From: Trichosphaerium sp. ATCC 40318
Taxonomy: Eukaryota; Protista; Tubulinea
Assembly (NCBI GenBank): GCA_038496445.1
Contig: JALMLS010000478.1
Location: 1-64,000, forward strand
Direction: 5' to 3'
DNA: 64,000 bases
In this document: one piece after another, positions 46,103 through 59,112 of the stretch
How positions within the stretch are numbered: position 1 is the stretch's first letter
Layout: each line of letters opens with the position of its first letter
Notes under the pieces: generated by a model
What the model was told of the DNA's origin: nothing
Seen by the model: the letters and a program-made list of their open reading frames with translations, nothing else
Databases searched by the model: none
Translations under genes and position numbers: made by a program

Positions 46103-49100
46103 CTACGTGTCATCGTCTACCTCCATGGCATCATCACTGTCTCCACCTACAAGTACGGGTAAGCTATTAATATTAAAAAAAAGATGGTTGCCAGGCGTAC
46201 AGAGGCTATCCAAGAGAGAAAAGTTCTCCTGAAGTTTAAACCGATTCATAACGTGACGTAACGATTTTATCGTCTTTTCATGATTTCTAAGTCCTCGCGT
46301 GGCTTCCTTGTAGATTGTACACCAAATCGTTAATTGCCTAAGTACATGATTAGAAAAAAAAAGGAATATAAGAACTACTGTGTAACGCACTTGAGGGTCT
46401 CTTCGGCCGCCACACGCTTCTTATCGGCGTTACCTCGAGCCAAATTCGTCATGATAATGTATGTATGGTCCAAAACTGTATCAATAGCCCACTTTCCAAG
46501 CAACTACCTCATACACCCATCAGACAAAACGCATTGAAAAAAAAAAGTGTTCCGTACGCTTGAAACAAATTTGCCTAGTGAGACTGGTAAACAGAATAGA
46601 GATTCGACCAGCACTCTTGAGGGTGATTTATCCTGTAGCAACGCAGTAATACCGGTCAAGGCCTCATTGTGTTTGAGAGGATCCAACAAAGGCATAAACT
46701 CCAGTAATGGCCCTACAGCCTCGTCCACAGATGCGCCAAACTCAGCTTTGATAATATCCCACAGACAAAACTGTGAGAAGCTATCCCAATCCAAAGATTT
46801 TGGCAATATTCTACAAAACACATTATTAGATGAATCCAAAAAAAACGAACAAAAAAAGCATTGCTTTTTTGCTGTGAGTCAAAAAGGTTGCGTAAAAGAT
46901 GATGTATTGTGCGTACTTGTCCAACTGTGGTCCAATAACAGAGCAGTCTCCAAGTCTTACACAACAAGAGATATCTAGAAGCTAAGGAGAAAGTGAGCAA
47001 ACATCCAGGTGGGACATGAAACTTATTTTGTCCAATTGCAAAGTCGAGTTTGTTTGGCTTACCTTAGCTGGGTACGTCGTACTGACGAGGAGGTGTATCA
47101 TGTTCGTGTTGCCGACAGTATATACATGTAAGTGTCGCAACAGGTAGGGCGCAATTGACAGGAATAACGTTGGGTTATACTCTGCACAAGTACGACTATC
47201 CTGGAGGATGTACTGATGCCTCTCAGACTTTTTGTTGGCGCCACGGTTCTTCAAGTACTTGATATACGGCATGAATGTTCGTGCCTTATCTCCGCTGCTA
47301 AAAAATCCGTAAGCACGTCTTATGGATTCAAACTAAAGTCGTACGCGTCGCGAATTTCATTGTTGGCCTCCAAGGATGCCAAATACGTTCCAAATGTGTC
47401 ATTACTAGAACTCAACTCGGATTCAGGTTTGTAGTATCCATTCGCCTTTACTAAGAAGCAAATGAACCTAAATCCAATTGATTCTTCTTCGTCTTGCATC
47501 GCTTTAATCAATTGCAAAAGACTGGAGTTCTTAGGATTATCTAATTCAAAAAAGCCACATCAGAAAGAAAAAAACTGAACAAATACAAAAGCAATTAAAA
47601 AACCATCAACTTACCATTGAACAAGCTAAATATTTGTTCATATGTCTGTACTTGTGTGGTATCTTTGTCAAGTAGTACTGACGTCTCTGCTGTCTTTAAT
47701 TCAGGGTAGAGACAATCTACCAGTTGTACTCCAAGCTCACGTGTAATATTGTCTATATTATCATCTGAAGCGCTAACAAGACCAAGGTATGTGTCGAGAA
47801 TACGACGAAGTACTTTTACAGCACGTTCTTTATCATCTGCAACAAGCTTTCTCAAGTTAGTGAGCGCAGCATCAAATGCGAATAGCGATGTTCCTTGTCC
47901 TGATCCAGAAGTAACAGGGGCTGCTACTTTGATACCTTTAAACACTCGTTAAAACAAAATTATCATATGTAATTGTAATTAAAGAAAAACGCAGATACTT
48001 ACCTTTTTTTTTAGGTTGTGTTTTTTTGCCGGTTGAATTGCTCTCTTGTTGTTTCTGCATTGTCTTCCACTGTTCCATCACATCAACAGACGATTTATCT
48101 AGATATAAGCATGAGTTCAACTCACTGATAGTAGGGTATTGGATTGGGGGTAGGCAAAAGGGGTGTCGCGTACTCCTTTGTAGCTCAACTTTTCTAATCT
48201 TCTTGGGTGGTGTATCGCCTCCATTGGTAGGTTGGGTTCGCTTACGTTTCTTGACATCCTGAATGAGAGGAGGTGTAACCTTTCGCGTAAGAGGCTCTTT
48301 TTTAACTTCCTTAAGAGCAGCAGGAGGTGGCGGTTGTCTCTTCTTTTGAGGTTGTGGCTCAATTTGCATAGGCTCTGATGATCCATTACCACTTCGACTG
48401 TCCACTGGTTTTTGCTGCTCTATTGGCTCAATAATAGTAACGAACGGCGTTAAATGTTTCTAAACGATATCAGCATTATGATGACAGATAAAAACAAGTG
48501 ACAACTAGTTTTGTTGTTAAAGTCCAATAAAGGAGTATGTACCTCAATAGAGTCTCGTATCGTATCAGAGAGTAGCTTGCAGTTGTATATAGGATCAATA
48601 GATGCTACCACTTTCTTATCTAACAATATGCGGAATGCATTATGAACACCTGCTTTGATCTAAGAAAGAAATGAGTGCGTAAGTTTTCTCATTGTCTTCA
48701 ACATCAAATGGTGGAAAAAAAAAGCGTTACCTGTTCTTGATGTTGTGGACTGTAATTCTCGAGCAATAACAGTAAAAATTCGAGAAGTGTTGCTGTCATG
48801 TCTATATACTTTGGAATAGATCGCATCATGAGGAGGAGTGCTGGCTCAATGTTCATTATATTGTCTACTGCAGGAGCATAGAACAAGTAATCATAAAACA
48901 AAGCCAATTTACCATTAGCAATACCATGTGGCGTTTTTAAAAGTTTCAAAAGCCAGCCGATAATAGCCCATCGAGGACATATATCAGACGCTAAAATCTT
49001 ATTTGTAGGGTGGTATACACAGCATATATACCGAATCAACGATGGTATCAAATGATCTCCACATTTTGTAGACAGGAATGAAGTGGTAAACCACTGCTGG

Positions 49101-50498
49101 TATCGCGTCTGAGATCCAAATTTGACCTAGAAAAAAAAATTACAAAAAATCCCAAAATTTTGACACGTGACACATTGTGTTTTCTTCTCATTTGAAAATT
49201 TGAAAACGCAATTTCGTATAGTATTTTAGGGTGTTACGTACTTTTGTCATTATAAAGTACAGCTGATTTTCCATTTCTGGTGTGAGGCAACCAAGTAAGA
49301 ATATTCTATTTGTTTTTGTTTTCGTAATATCCATAATGCCATTAAAATGTGGATCAAAAGATTTTGGATCGTTATTGAGTCGCTGCCACGGTTCTACAAA
49401 CTCTGGAACACGTGCCACATTGTGAAAAGCCCTTAAGAAATCTCTTCCAATGCCTTGCACCAACCCAAACTAAAGTACTACAATTAGACAGATAAATCAA
49501 GACAAAGGCCTACAAAACTGTCTTGGCACAAAAAAAATAATAAACACCGTACCCGTTCTTTTATGAGGCGTAGGCATAGGTTCGCTTCTTTCTTTCTAAG
49601 CTCTTGCAAGTTATGTGCAAAGTGATCTGGGATAATATTCAGAAGCTTATATACCAGATGTGGGATCAATACTTGTTGTTCTAGCAACCACGTCCTTGTA
49701 TCAAAAAACTTTAGAAATACAGAAAATGACATTGAAAAAAAAATTCAAAAAAAAAAATGTACATGTTAGCACCCAAGAGCATGACAATGTTATCGATCAA
49801 CCATAGATTGATCTTTGATAGATTACCGATTATAACTTGTCTGAGTAATGCCAGTATCACCAAGTTGGTTTCTTTAGCGCGTACTTTAATCAATTCTTGT
49901 ATAAGCCAAAGCAACTAAACGTGCAACATTTGTCAACAAATGAATCAAAAAAAAAAAGAAAGAAATCAATCTACAAATAATTTTTTTTTTTACCTGAGGC
50001 CTGGCGCTGTCTACTATACTCGGATAGTTCTCTAGTACCAATACCTGAACCATTTGTATGCTGTATTTAAATTCATCGCGAGTTATGAACGTAAGGTACT
50101 GAAAGTACTACAGTGGTCGTTAGACAACTCAAAGTGGGCGCTTAGACGCGTAATGAGTGAAATGTTGTGCAAAGTTACCTTATCGTTACTTGATTTTTCG
50201 GTAAGTATGGCGAAGAGCAAACCTAGCGTTAGTTTTTGCTGTTTATCCGCGTTTGAAGCCTTGAGTACACGTGAGAAGACATAAACATAAAGTGACGCCT
50301 TACTTGGGAAACAAGCATGTTGTTAATCTCCTGTTCGCCTTTACCATGTATTTGTTCCATCAATTGGGTGAAGTTCTTATGCCATGCCTACTTTGGCTTA
50401 ACGTATGCGTAAACAACAATGCTTACGCTCTCTAGTGCCGATGGTGGCTCAATAGCCCTCCGCTTTAATAACCGAGACTTTTTATCGTTGTTTGCCAT
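46103..50498 (-). CDS. INTS3: Integrator complex subunit 3 (SOSS-A)
   Basis: IGRDFLRAFHNVARVPEF, RYQQWF, LIRYICCVYHPTNKILASDICPRWAIIGWLL, KLALFYDYLFY...IMNIEPALLLM, SLDWDSFSQFCLW. Confidence 0.93.
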
Positions 50499-50826
50499 GT
50501 GTGCAGTTGATCTTCAGTTGGTTGGGTTGTGTGTTGACAATTGACGCCAAATACAACGTTTGACAAGATTCATGACAGACGAGGTGTAACCCCTGTATGA
50601 TAGTGGCCGAAATAAATCCGTTGAAAATGAGGCAAATTTATCGCGCTTTAGGCTGCCAAATACCGCAAAAAATGTGTATCCAACAGAAAAGTCATAGCCA
50701 TTGTTTGCAGGTCGTGATTTTTTTTAACATGATTGGTTTATTTTTCAATCTGCTTTGTTTTTTTTAATTTACCTTTTAACGAATTTCTATGAGTTGTTTA
50801 TGATCACCAGCTTCGTAATGGAACGC

Positions 50827-51800
50827 TCAGACCTGTTTTTTGCGAAAATGAAAAATATTTACGTATGCCCTATCAAAGTCAGGGTGCATTGATTCTTTGT
50901 CCACCTCTGTGCGTGTAAAGTGTTTTAACATGCTTTCCATAAATTGCTTTGTTGCATCTGGCTCCCTAACGCGCACAGGGTTATTTTAATCTCAATGGTA
51001 ACCGCACCTATCCTCTAGGGCGATGATGACCACTGTCAGCGGACTGGCGAACGCAACAATTGATTTTACTAAGTTATCAACGTGGTTTATATCAAATACA
51101 ATGTCCGTTCTATTACAGCTCAGCGATGCGTAGTTAAAAAAAACCGACAACAAGAAAAGAGTTTGTACCCAACAATGACATCGTACACAGCGCGCAGGTC
51201 CTCGTCTTCAGTGCCCCTATGCATCATTCATTGGCGTGTAAGCCACACCACCAAAACCAGAATTACTGGCGTACATACCATTCGTGTACTTCCACATTAC
51301 AACTGCCTGTAATAATACTTCTGTGCGCCATCACATTGCGTTTCATTAAGGACACGAGTAGTGGTTGATCAGTTAGTGTTACATGTGCTCCTAAACCGCT
51401 TTAATACACGCATACATAGTGGCAAAGCGGAGAAAAAGTCCCAAATCGTTATAAACCTGCATACCAATACAACCCATAGCAATACCCGCTAAACCGCACC
51501 CAGAGCCTAATTCAAGGCAACGAGCGCCACTGAACAGCTCCATCACGGAAGTATTTCTCTCAACATACTTTACAAACGCTAGGCTCTCAAATCACCCGTC
51601 AGCGCTTTGTTAAATGTATTTACAACGTGTACCGACGACCATACAGTAGTTCCTGTGATGTCACAAGACTCATCGCCTTCGTTTATTTTAAACAGCTTCC
51701 CAAACGCTTGGATAGAAAGTGGAGTATTCAAGGCACATAACGGGTCGGCGCTGACGGGTACAGCTCCCGGAAGAAACGCGCTAGGCAGTGTAGTATTGCT
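50827..51800 (-). CDS. Seven-beta-strand lysine methyltransferase (METTL21/Methyltransf_16 family); start not resolved
   Basis: Mostly missed by the ORF track: TGTTVWS, RCLELGSGCGLAGI, VTLTDQ, EWG, YDVIVGTDIVF. Confidence 0.75.
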
Positions 51801-51929
51801 AATCTTGCTGGATTACGCGTGTATGCGTTGTTGCACTGTGTTGGGAAATGTTTAAGTTTGTTGTTTCCAGTACAAATTGCAGTTGAAGGCTAAATCAAGT
51901 ACAAGATTTTGACACATGTTCGTGTCATT

Positions 51930-52607
51930 TTATTTCTCGGTTTGCTTCTTTACAAAATACATATTGGACTCTCCAATAAAGTAGTCATTCCCGCGGTTAG
52001 TGCGGTTGTGCGATAACAAGGTATAACCTTGTTTTAGAAAAGTGTCAAGTAGCATTGCTTCTAGGTGCATGACCATGTTGTCTCCCTCGACTTGGAATGC
52101 CTCAAGCCTCCAACCAAGGTTTCCTGGACCTCTGCTCCATGAATCTTTTCCTGTTTTCTTTATGTGTACAACCTTTTGCTCTACTTCTGTTAGCAGCGCA
52201 TGCACTGGTTTCTAAGGTAGTATTAGCGTATAACGGTTTTTGTTTTCCTATTTCGTTTCTTTGTACCAGCATTAGACCTCCGTTTTCTGTTAGGTTGAGA
52301 ATAGTATTTACAGCGCCTTTTGAGTGGTAGTGGATGCTCAAACCTACTACTTGGCCTAAATTGCTAGTAAGCAATTTGACGTTGCAAAGAGCTGGCAGTT
52401 GCAAAGAAATGCACCAGACACCATAAAACTAGCATCTGTTCCGAAAAAAACGTACTCTCGGTGAGAATCGATGCTCTTGAGTTTATTCTAACGTCTCCTG
52501 CGTCCTCGTCCCATACAAAGTCTATATCGAAGGTTAGGTATGTCGCTAGTTATTGTTGCTTTATGCTTTACCTTTTTCTTTACCGGCACTACGTGCGCTG
52601 TTGCTCA
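51930..52607 (-). CDS. Hypothetical protein
   Basis: ATG at about 52607 with a GT donor, and linked ORFs 52102-52404 and 51930-52205. No family recognised. Confidence 0.4.
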
Positions 52608-52875
52608 TTCTTGAAGGTTTTGATTTCTACTTGCCAAATTAGATTTTGGGCGTAAAACAATAGCCAACTGACAGACTATTTTCAACAAAGTCCGTACTGA
52701 TTGAAACCATATTGATGCCTGCGTAGGTTTTAGTGTATTGTTATTTGCGTGACAACTAAGAACTAGTGGTTGAAAGTTAACGGCTCAGCTCTAAATGACT
52801 TTTCAAACAAAAACAACTCTATTTAACTGGCTAACCGGCTCCAAATTGTTACAATAAAACACGTGTTTGGAAATT

Positions 52876-53990
52876 TATTTGTAGTTTATGTAGTCTAAGT
52901 ACTTAGCATTAACTGCAGCACAAACTTGCAGTTCTAGAGATTTTGTACTCAGACTAGTACGTTTGCTTGTCATCACAATAGAACCACGAGAAAATACTCT
53001 CAACTGTTGCGGAACTTGCTGGCATTCCTAAGTACACTCTAGGCAAAGCTGAAAGGAGAAAGTAAGAACGGTTGCCACGCCACCATGTTAATGGACACTG
53101 GTTTAAGGCAAGTGCAGGCATCCGTCTGTATTGCTTCAGTTCTTTGGCAATCTAAGAAAAAAAGAAAATAAAAGTTCTCGAAAAAAAAAAAGAATCCGAG
53201 GATCAAGAGCGGAAGCAACATGTTACTTGCCATGGTTTTGATCTTCGTAGAACCCATCTCAGTAACAAATTGTCTAAGCGCACTTGATCTTCATGCAATA
53301 GCGTAGGGTTTGCTTTGAATCCCATTGAGGTAAGCGATAGTTGTTTCAGCTGGGCTTTTGTTCCATCGTTTAAGCACAATTTACAAACTTGTAAATGCTT
53401 GCGAAGTGTATCAGTGCTGGAGTTGCGACCCAAGAAAAAGAAGACAAGGAAAGTAGAACGAAATTCCAACAGGTATAGCATATCCGTAGGAATTGTTTGA
53501 GTTCTATGTCGACTCTTCATGGCTTCCATAGGAACTTGGTTCAACTATATACTATCCCTCTTTCTTTAAATATGATTACACATTGACTGGCAGCGAATAA
53601 ATGATTTGTTTGCAACAAACGCTCTGTTGCAATCACTAGTAAAAGAATGCTCTTTTTTAATTTGATGTAGTCTTCTTAGCATTACAAACTGCACAGTATT
53701 GACGTTATATGTTTACTAAGCTCCATAACATACAGTTGTGTAAGGCTCTTTATTTCACATAGTATCATACTATTAAATCTTGGCTAGTCTTCTATCTGCA
53801 TATTTGTAGTGTCAGACACAGATGTGTTGTTACTGATGTTATCCTCTAACACAACATTTTCATCTTTCTGTGTACTACTGTCTAAAACAGAGTCGATATT
53901 TTCTAGCTCTACAGCTTCGTCTGTTGCTATTGGCACATCCATACTTTCAACAGTTCTAAGCATAAAGGTAAGTACACATAATAAGGTCAC
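52876..53990 (-). pseudogene. hAT transposase relic: BED-finger region plus C-terminal dimerisation domain, catalytic core missing
   Basis: ICYTC...SSTDTLRKHLQVC (BED-like, frameshifted); LDNLLLRWVLRRSKPW; then ELKQY...PLTWWRG...LSALPRVYLGMPASSATVESIFS and, after a frameshift, KRTSLSTKSLE. Confidence 0.8.
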
Positions 53991-54326
53991 ATTCTTACTG
54001 TTTTCGTAAGCAAGTCTTTGCTATGCACGCAGACAGTTTCATACTAAAGTGAATGAGAATAAAAATTACTCAAGTTATGTTTGACAAATGCACGTGCCTT
54101 ATTGGTATACCGAAAACAACAACGATTATTAAGAATCCATAAATGTACGGAGACGCAATGTTGTTGGTCTATGTTGCATATCATTAAACAACATGTTGTT
54201 AACAACCTATACTTACCGTTATGTCATTAAATATATCCGCTGTAAATGGGTCTTTGTCTGATGAATACGCTGTAGCACATACTACAAAAGTTGATTAAAA
54301 CAATAGAACAAGTATAGATAGAGTAC

Positions 54327-54894
54327 CTAGTGCTTTGTGACAAAATATACCAACACCTAATATTCCATGAGGTATCAAGACGCCAAATACCATCTGTCCA
54401 ATTGCAAGGTATCCCACTCCACCCTATTCACGTGAGTTTTTTCCTTCATCACGTGTTATTTATGTATACCAATTGTGCAATGACAACACCAAAACCTAAG
54501 GCAATTTGCCCAATAGCCAATCCGAATAACCCAACAGATAGTATCCCTGTAACAAACTCAGGGATAATTGCAAAAAATATATTACTCTTTTCAGCAAACC
54601 CTATGGTATCAGCTTTCAAAAAGTGCATTATGGAGCGAGGTACTGATTATATTTTACTGCAGTTCTAAAACAGAGTTCGTTTTCAGTTTTTTTTTTCGAA
54701 CCGACACTTTCAGAGTGCAAAAACAGCCTGTACTCACCTATCCCAATGATAAATCCAAATGGAAACCCACCAATCGCTACGAATCCGATGGGCCTACCTC
54801 CAATAGCAACAATACCTTTGGGAGTGCTACCGAAACTAAATAGCGGCCAGGATACACCAAATATGTTAAAAACAGGTCCGTAATTTGCTGACAT
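54327..54894 (-). CDS. Small Gly-rich hydrophobic membrane protein with GxxAIG repeats
   Basis: KGIVAIGGRPIGFVAIGGFPFG...LAIGQIALG...YLAIGQMVFG across GT-AG introns. Confidence 0.65.
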
Positions 54895-55247
54895 TGTTGT
54901 GATGGAGGTTTATCGCTCTATTTGTCATTTATTAGCTTAATGATCGCGTCAATGAATAATCCGTTGTCTCATGAATTTTCTTAACGACATTTTTTTGGAA
55001 CTTCTTATTTCTGGCTAGTACCGAAGTCTCAATTCTGATTTTCTTCACCCTTTTTTCGCTTTCCGGACTTGCACCGCTCTACAGTTTGCATAGAGATGTG
55101 TAGGTCCTGGTACACCTCAATTGAATATAGCAAAAGGTTTATTCGAAAAACAAGACTTGAATATTTGACCAATTGAGAAGACAACTTGGTCACTTTCAAA
55201 AAACCTAAGACATGCTTTGGGGTAGTGTAGTTGTGTTTACTAATAAG

Positions 55248-58062
55248 CTACATTGTAAAATCTAGCGATTGGACAGAATATCCTCTGTTTGTCAATACCT
55301 TCAAACGCACTACATTTATGCCTTTATGGAGGTTCATCTTAATTGGTTGGCATGGAGCGAACCTGCAAACTATTAGATGTAGAAAAAAAAAAGTAAGGAA
55401 AGTACTTTTTATCTACTGTGTTAGGTACAGTAATAACTTGATACTCTCCATTATTTACAGCAACACCTAACTGAGCTGTGCTAATTTCACTGGCAGTGTA
55501 CACTATAAAACAAGTCAAACGTTTATAGCCAACCTACATGGTCGCCACTCGAGACAGTTTTAGTGAAACGTACGTGTGAGTGTTACTGAGCCATCGTCTA
55601 CCATTCGTACAACATAGTCCCACGTGCTGTTTAGTTGAAGGTATCTCAAGTATGGGTCTGTAATTGGAAAGCGATGAGACACCTATACAACCACTATTTA
55701 GTGTGTTTTGGAGGATATGCTGATGATACGTACATAGTGTGTTGCGTTTATAGTTGCAGGGAGAACTGTTCCAAAACTGGTAGAGGGCATGTTTCCATTC
55801 CTGATAGCATCTAAAAGATGGTGAGAATGGGACCAAACCAAAGCAAAATATAAAAAGATGTACATACCAATGCCTTGTATCTTGGGACTATTTTCGTCGT
55901 GCATGTTGTTCGTCAAACCTACAGATACGTGAGAGTTTAGAATTTACATTGAGGGATTGGTCAATGTGGTTACGTACCCCAAGTGCCATACTTGGTGTCG
56001 TAATTGGTGGCTCCAGCTACGAACCAATTCAATGGTTCTGTCCCGTATGCATACCTTTATGAGGCACATGAGAACGCATATTACACAACACAAAAGTACG
56101 TACCAGTTGGTTAGGTACTGTACAACTAACTTTGTCATCTGTGGATCTAAAGTTGCATCTTTTTTGGCTTGAATGCTAAGCGGTCCAAACTTTAATAAAA
56201 ACACGTTAGATAAAATGGATACATGACTTTATCGCACTGTATCGGGACCACCCTCATATCCTCGCATTTCTAAATTATACCATGCAGCATATGCCCTAAT
56301 TTCTAGGCATTAGAATCACGTGATTCAACTATTTTTGTCTTATTTGTTTACCTGTGAATACCAATAGGATTATTTTCACCAACGCCGTTGCTCGTGCTTT
56401 GGCTATTGATTGTAGTCTCCATTACTGATAACACTTCAGCTTTGGTTAGGTTCTTCTTGTTGGCCTCACCAAGACCAAAGTATGGTGCGCCAGCGATTGA
56501 TATAACGTATTTTGATGGAGGTCCCCATACGTTGTCTATGTAAGTCAAGGCTTGCTTTATTGGCATTGGAAATGCTATCTGCCCTGCAAGCACAGGTTTG
56601 AACCGTTTGTTAAAATTTTGAGAACCGAACACAGCTGAGAACTGATCGCTTATTTGTTTGATTCTAAGGCCAGTGCGCCTCCACATCCCTTTTGTGAAAG
56701 GTTAGCGTCGAGGGGTTGATATCATGTTAACGTACAATAACCAGTGTTGTTTACAGCGTCATAATTGAGATGATACTTATCACCCGCTTTAACTTCGGCT
56801 GCTGCTTGAGCGAGACTCCAGTGGGACTGGGGGAATTGCCAATTCCATACTGCGAATGAAAAATCAGCAAAAAAATTTTGAGAGGACGTTGCTTTGTTGT
56901 ACCTTCGTTGCTGTACTCCAAGTGAACTGCTAGACTAGGATCCAAATTTGTTTTGATTAGGTTTGCGAGATTATTGACATAGTCATCAGATGCCATGTGA
57001 GGAATATTAAACCACCTGAAAACAAGCAAGGTTAGTAGAACTTGGTCTTACAAAACCAAAAAGGAAACATACGGCTCAGCTTTGAGCTGATTGCATAGTT
57101 TGATACATGATTCCCAAGGAACTCCAGTTTGCCCTTTAGGTCCCCATGCATATGATGGCCAATCAGGAGGAGTTCTGTCCGCCCACTCAACGACAGGACT
57201 ACCATTCGTATTTGCCCAGTCCATGAACCTGCAATTGTTTTAAAAAATGCTGAAATAAAAAACGTGTTACCTCAACAGAGAAAATCGTTTTAACTGCCCA
57301 ATGAACAAATCCGAGAAATCATCTTTTCTATCCATTGTGTAGCCTTAACCAAATTTATAAATACCCACAGCATTTCAATAATAACATACCTGCTTGTAGA
57401 ACGTATACATCTGATACCTTTCCATCAGTATTTTCAAACGACAACATGAGCTGATCAGCTGAAGTATCAACTATAATGTCAGCGCTCTAGTATTGTGTCA
57501 ACAAAGTTGAGTTTCTTGTTGTAAATATTACCAACAATCCAGTTTGCTCGTCGAATACTAGATTAGATACCTTGGCATCGCTCGCTACTGCTTTCACTGT
57601 TGCGTTGCCTATGTTCGTACAAAGTAAGAAGCAATCAATGGTTTGGGGTTTGAGAGAGGTACCTTTACATTGGAACTTATAGGTACCACCCATTTCGACG
57701 TCTGAGGTGAAAACAACGACACCAAAATCTCCAGTTGGCCAACCTTACGTAAAAAATTATTTTTTACAAATCACGTGACAAAAATTCACGTTATTTGACG
57801 TTGTTCGCAAAATGACTGTACCTGTTTGGCCTAATTGAGCTGTGCCATCCCAGGGCTGTTGAGGGGAGCCAAACTTGCGTGATTGCTTCATTAGATTAAC
57901 CTAAAATACGCTCTTTTAGTTGTGCAGAGGTTGTTGGTTACGTACGAATGCTAGCGTTCTAGAGTAATCGTTTACTCCATCTATATTAGCTGATACAGGT
58001 ACAGTAGAAACAACGCATGCTGTAAAGCATACAAACAAAAGTAATAGTAGTAGTTGTGTCAT
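55248..58062 (-). CDS. Secreted putative glycoside hydrolase (TIM-barrel type) with a C-terminal CBM-like beta-sandwich
   Basis: Signal peptide MTQLLLLLLFVCFTAC; FVNLMKQSR, GWP, LRFMDWANTN, GVPWE, WFNIPHMASDDYV, LEYSNEVWNWQF, IAGAPYF, YEGGPD; tail NLHKGINVVRLKV. Confidence 0.8.
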
Positions 58063-58513
58063 TTGTTGACAACCGCTAAAACTGACAAGTGGAAAATGCA
58101 ATAACTTTTTCTTAAGGCACGGGAAAGTCGAAGACGTTTACTCTTTCCAAAACTTAAAAGATGTCATAATACGTACAACAAAGGTATCTAGAACATTTTA
58201 GGTTATTGTCCAATTATATAGTCAGCACGTGGTAGAAAATTGACAACATTCCAAATACAATTTTTTTGGTTATTTATTCTGGTGGTTTTGGAATGCTCTT
58301 GTTCTGTCATCACACCCTTTGTCTTCAACTATTTATCCAATCACGATCATTCCAGTATTGGTTAACATGAACGAAAGCCAACAGATTCTTTCATCACTGA
58401 GAACCCGCGGCGTGTAAGTCGTAATTGGCGAAAACATTGCAAATTTTATCCACATGTCAAATAAGTCGGTTTAAAAATCGACGTAGTCGCTAAAATTTGG
58501 CACTAAAACTGCC

Positions 58514-58865
58514 TCAATTATGCCTGAACGACTTTAAACCAAACCTAGGGGCATTATAAGCGAAAACAGAGTATTTTGAGGAGAAAACGTGTAAAAACGC
58601 ACCAACAAACAATTACGAATGCGTAGGATATAGGTAGCATCATGGGGATAAGCAAGCAATAGTATTCGTCGTCTTTTATCGCATCGAGTACAGGACTGCC
58701 CGTGTAAGGCATTAATTTAGATATAACGAGTGAATACGCCGTCATTGCAAAAAATAAAAACGTGGCAAAAAGTAAGCCGTATCCCCAGCGTGCTGTTTCT
58801 ATCTGATTCTTTCTTGTATTATGATACCGTTTGACGCGTAGTGCTTCTCGTGCGTATTGATGCAT
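58514..58865 (-). CDS. PIGY: GPI-GlcNAc transferase subunit PIG-Y family
   Basis: WGYGLL...YSLVISKLMPYTGSPVLDAIKDDEYYCLLIP...W, spliced to FGLKSFRHN*. Confidence 0.8.
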
Positions 58866-59112
58866 GGCGCTTTTTGTTTCAAAGTTCACCTTTTTTTTTT
58901 GTTTGAGAAGAAATTTAAAACAATTTACCTTTGTTGACTTTCTTGCAACGCCACGTGACTGAATCATAACGTGGACGTAAACTATTAATATCTCCTGAAC
59001 AGCATTTTCAAAAGATGAATTTATGGGGGTATCTGTACAACAATATAAAGAAAGACATTGGTTTTTTTTTTTGTGGTTTTGTTTTTTTTTTTTTGGATTT
59101 GATTTCGTTTGT

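Noticed and set aside
52760-54230. TIRs for the hAT relic
   Set aside because: Only a weak partial match between TAGTGGTTGAAAGTTAAC near 52765 and the region near 54200; not convincing.
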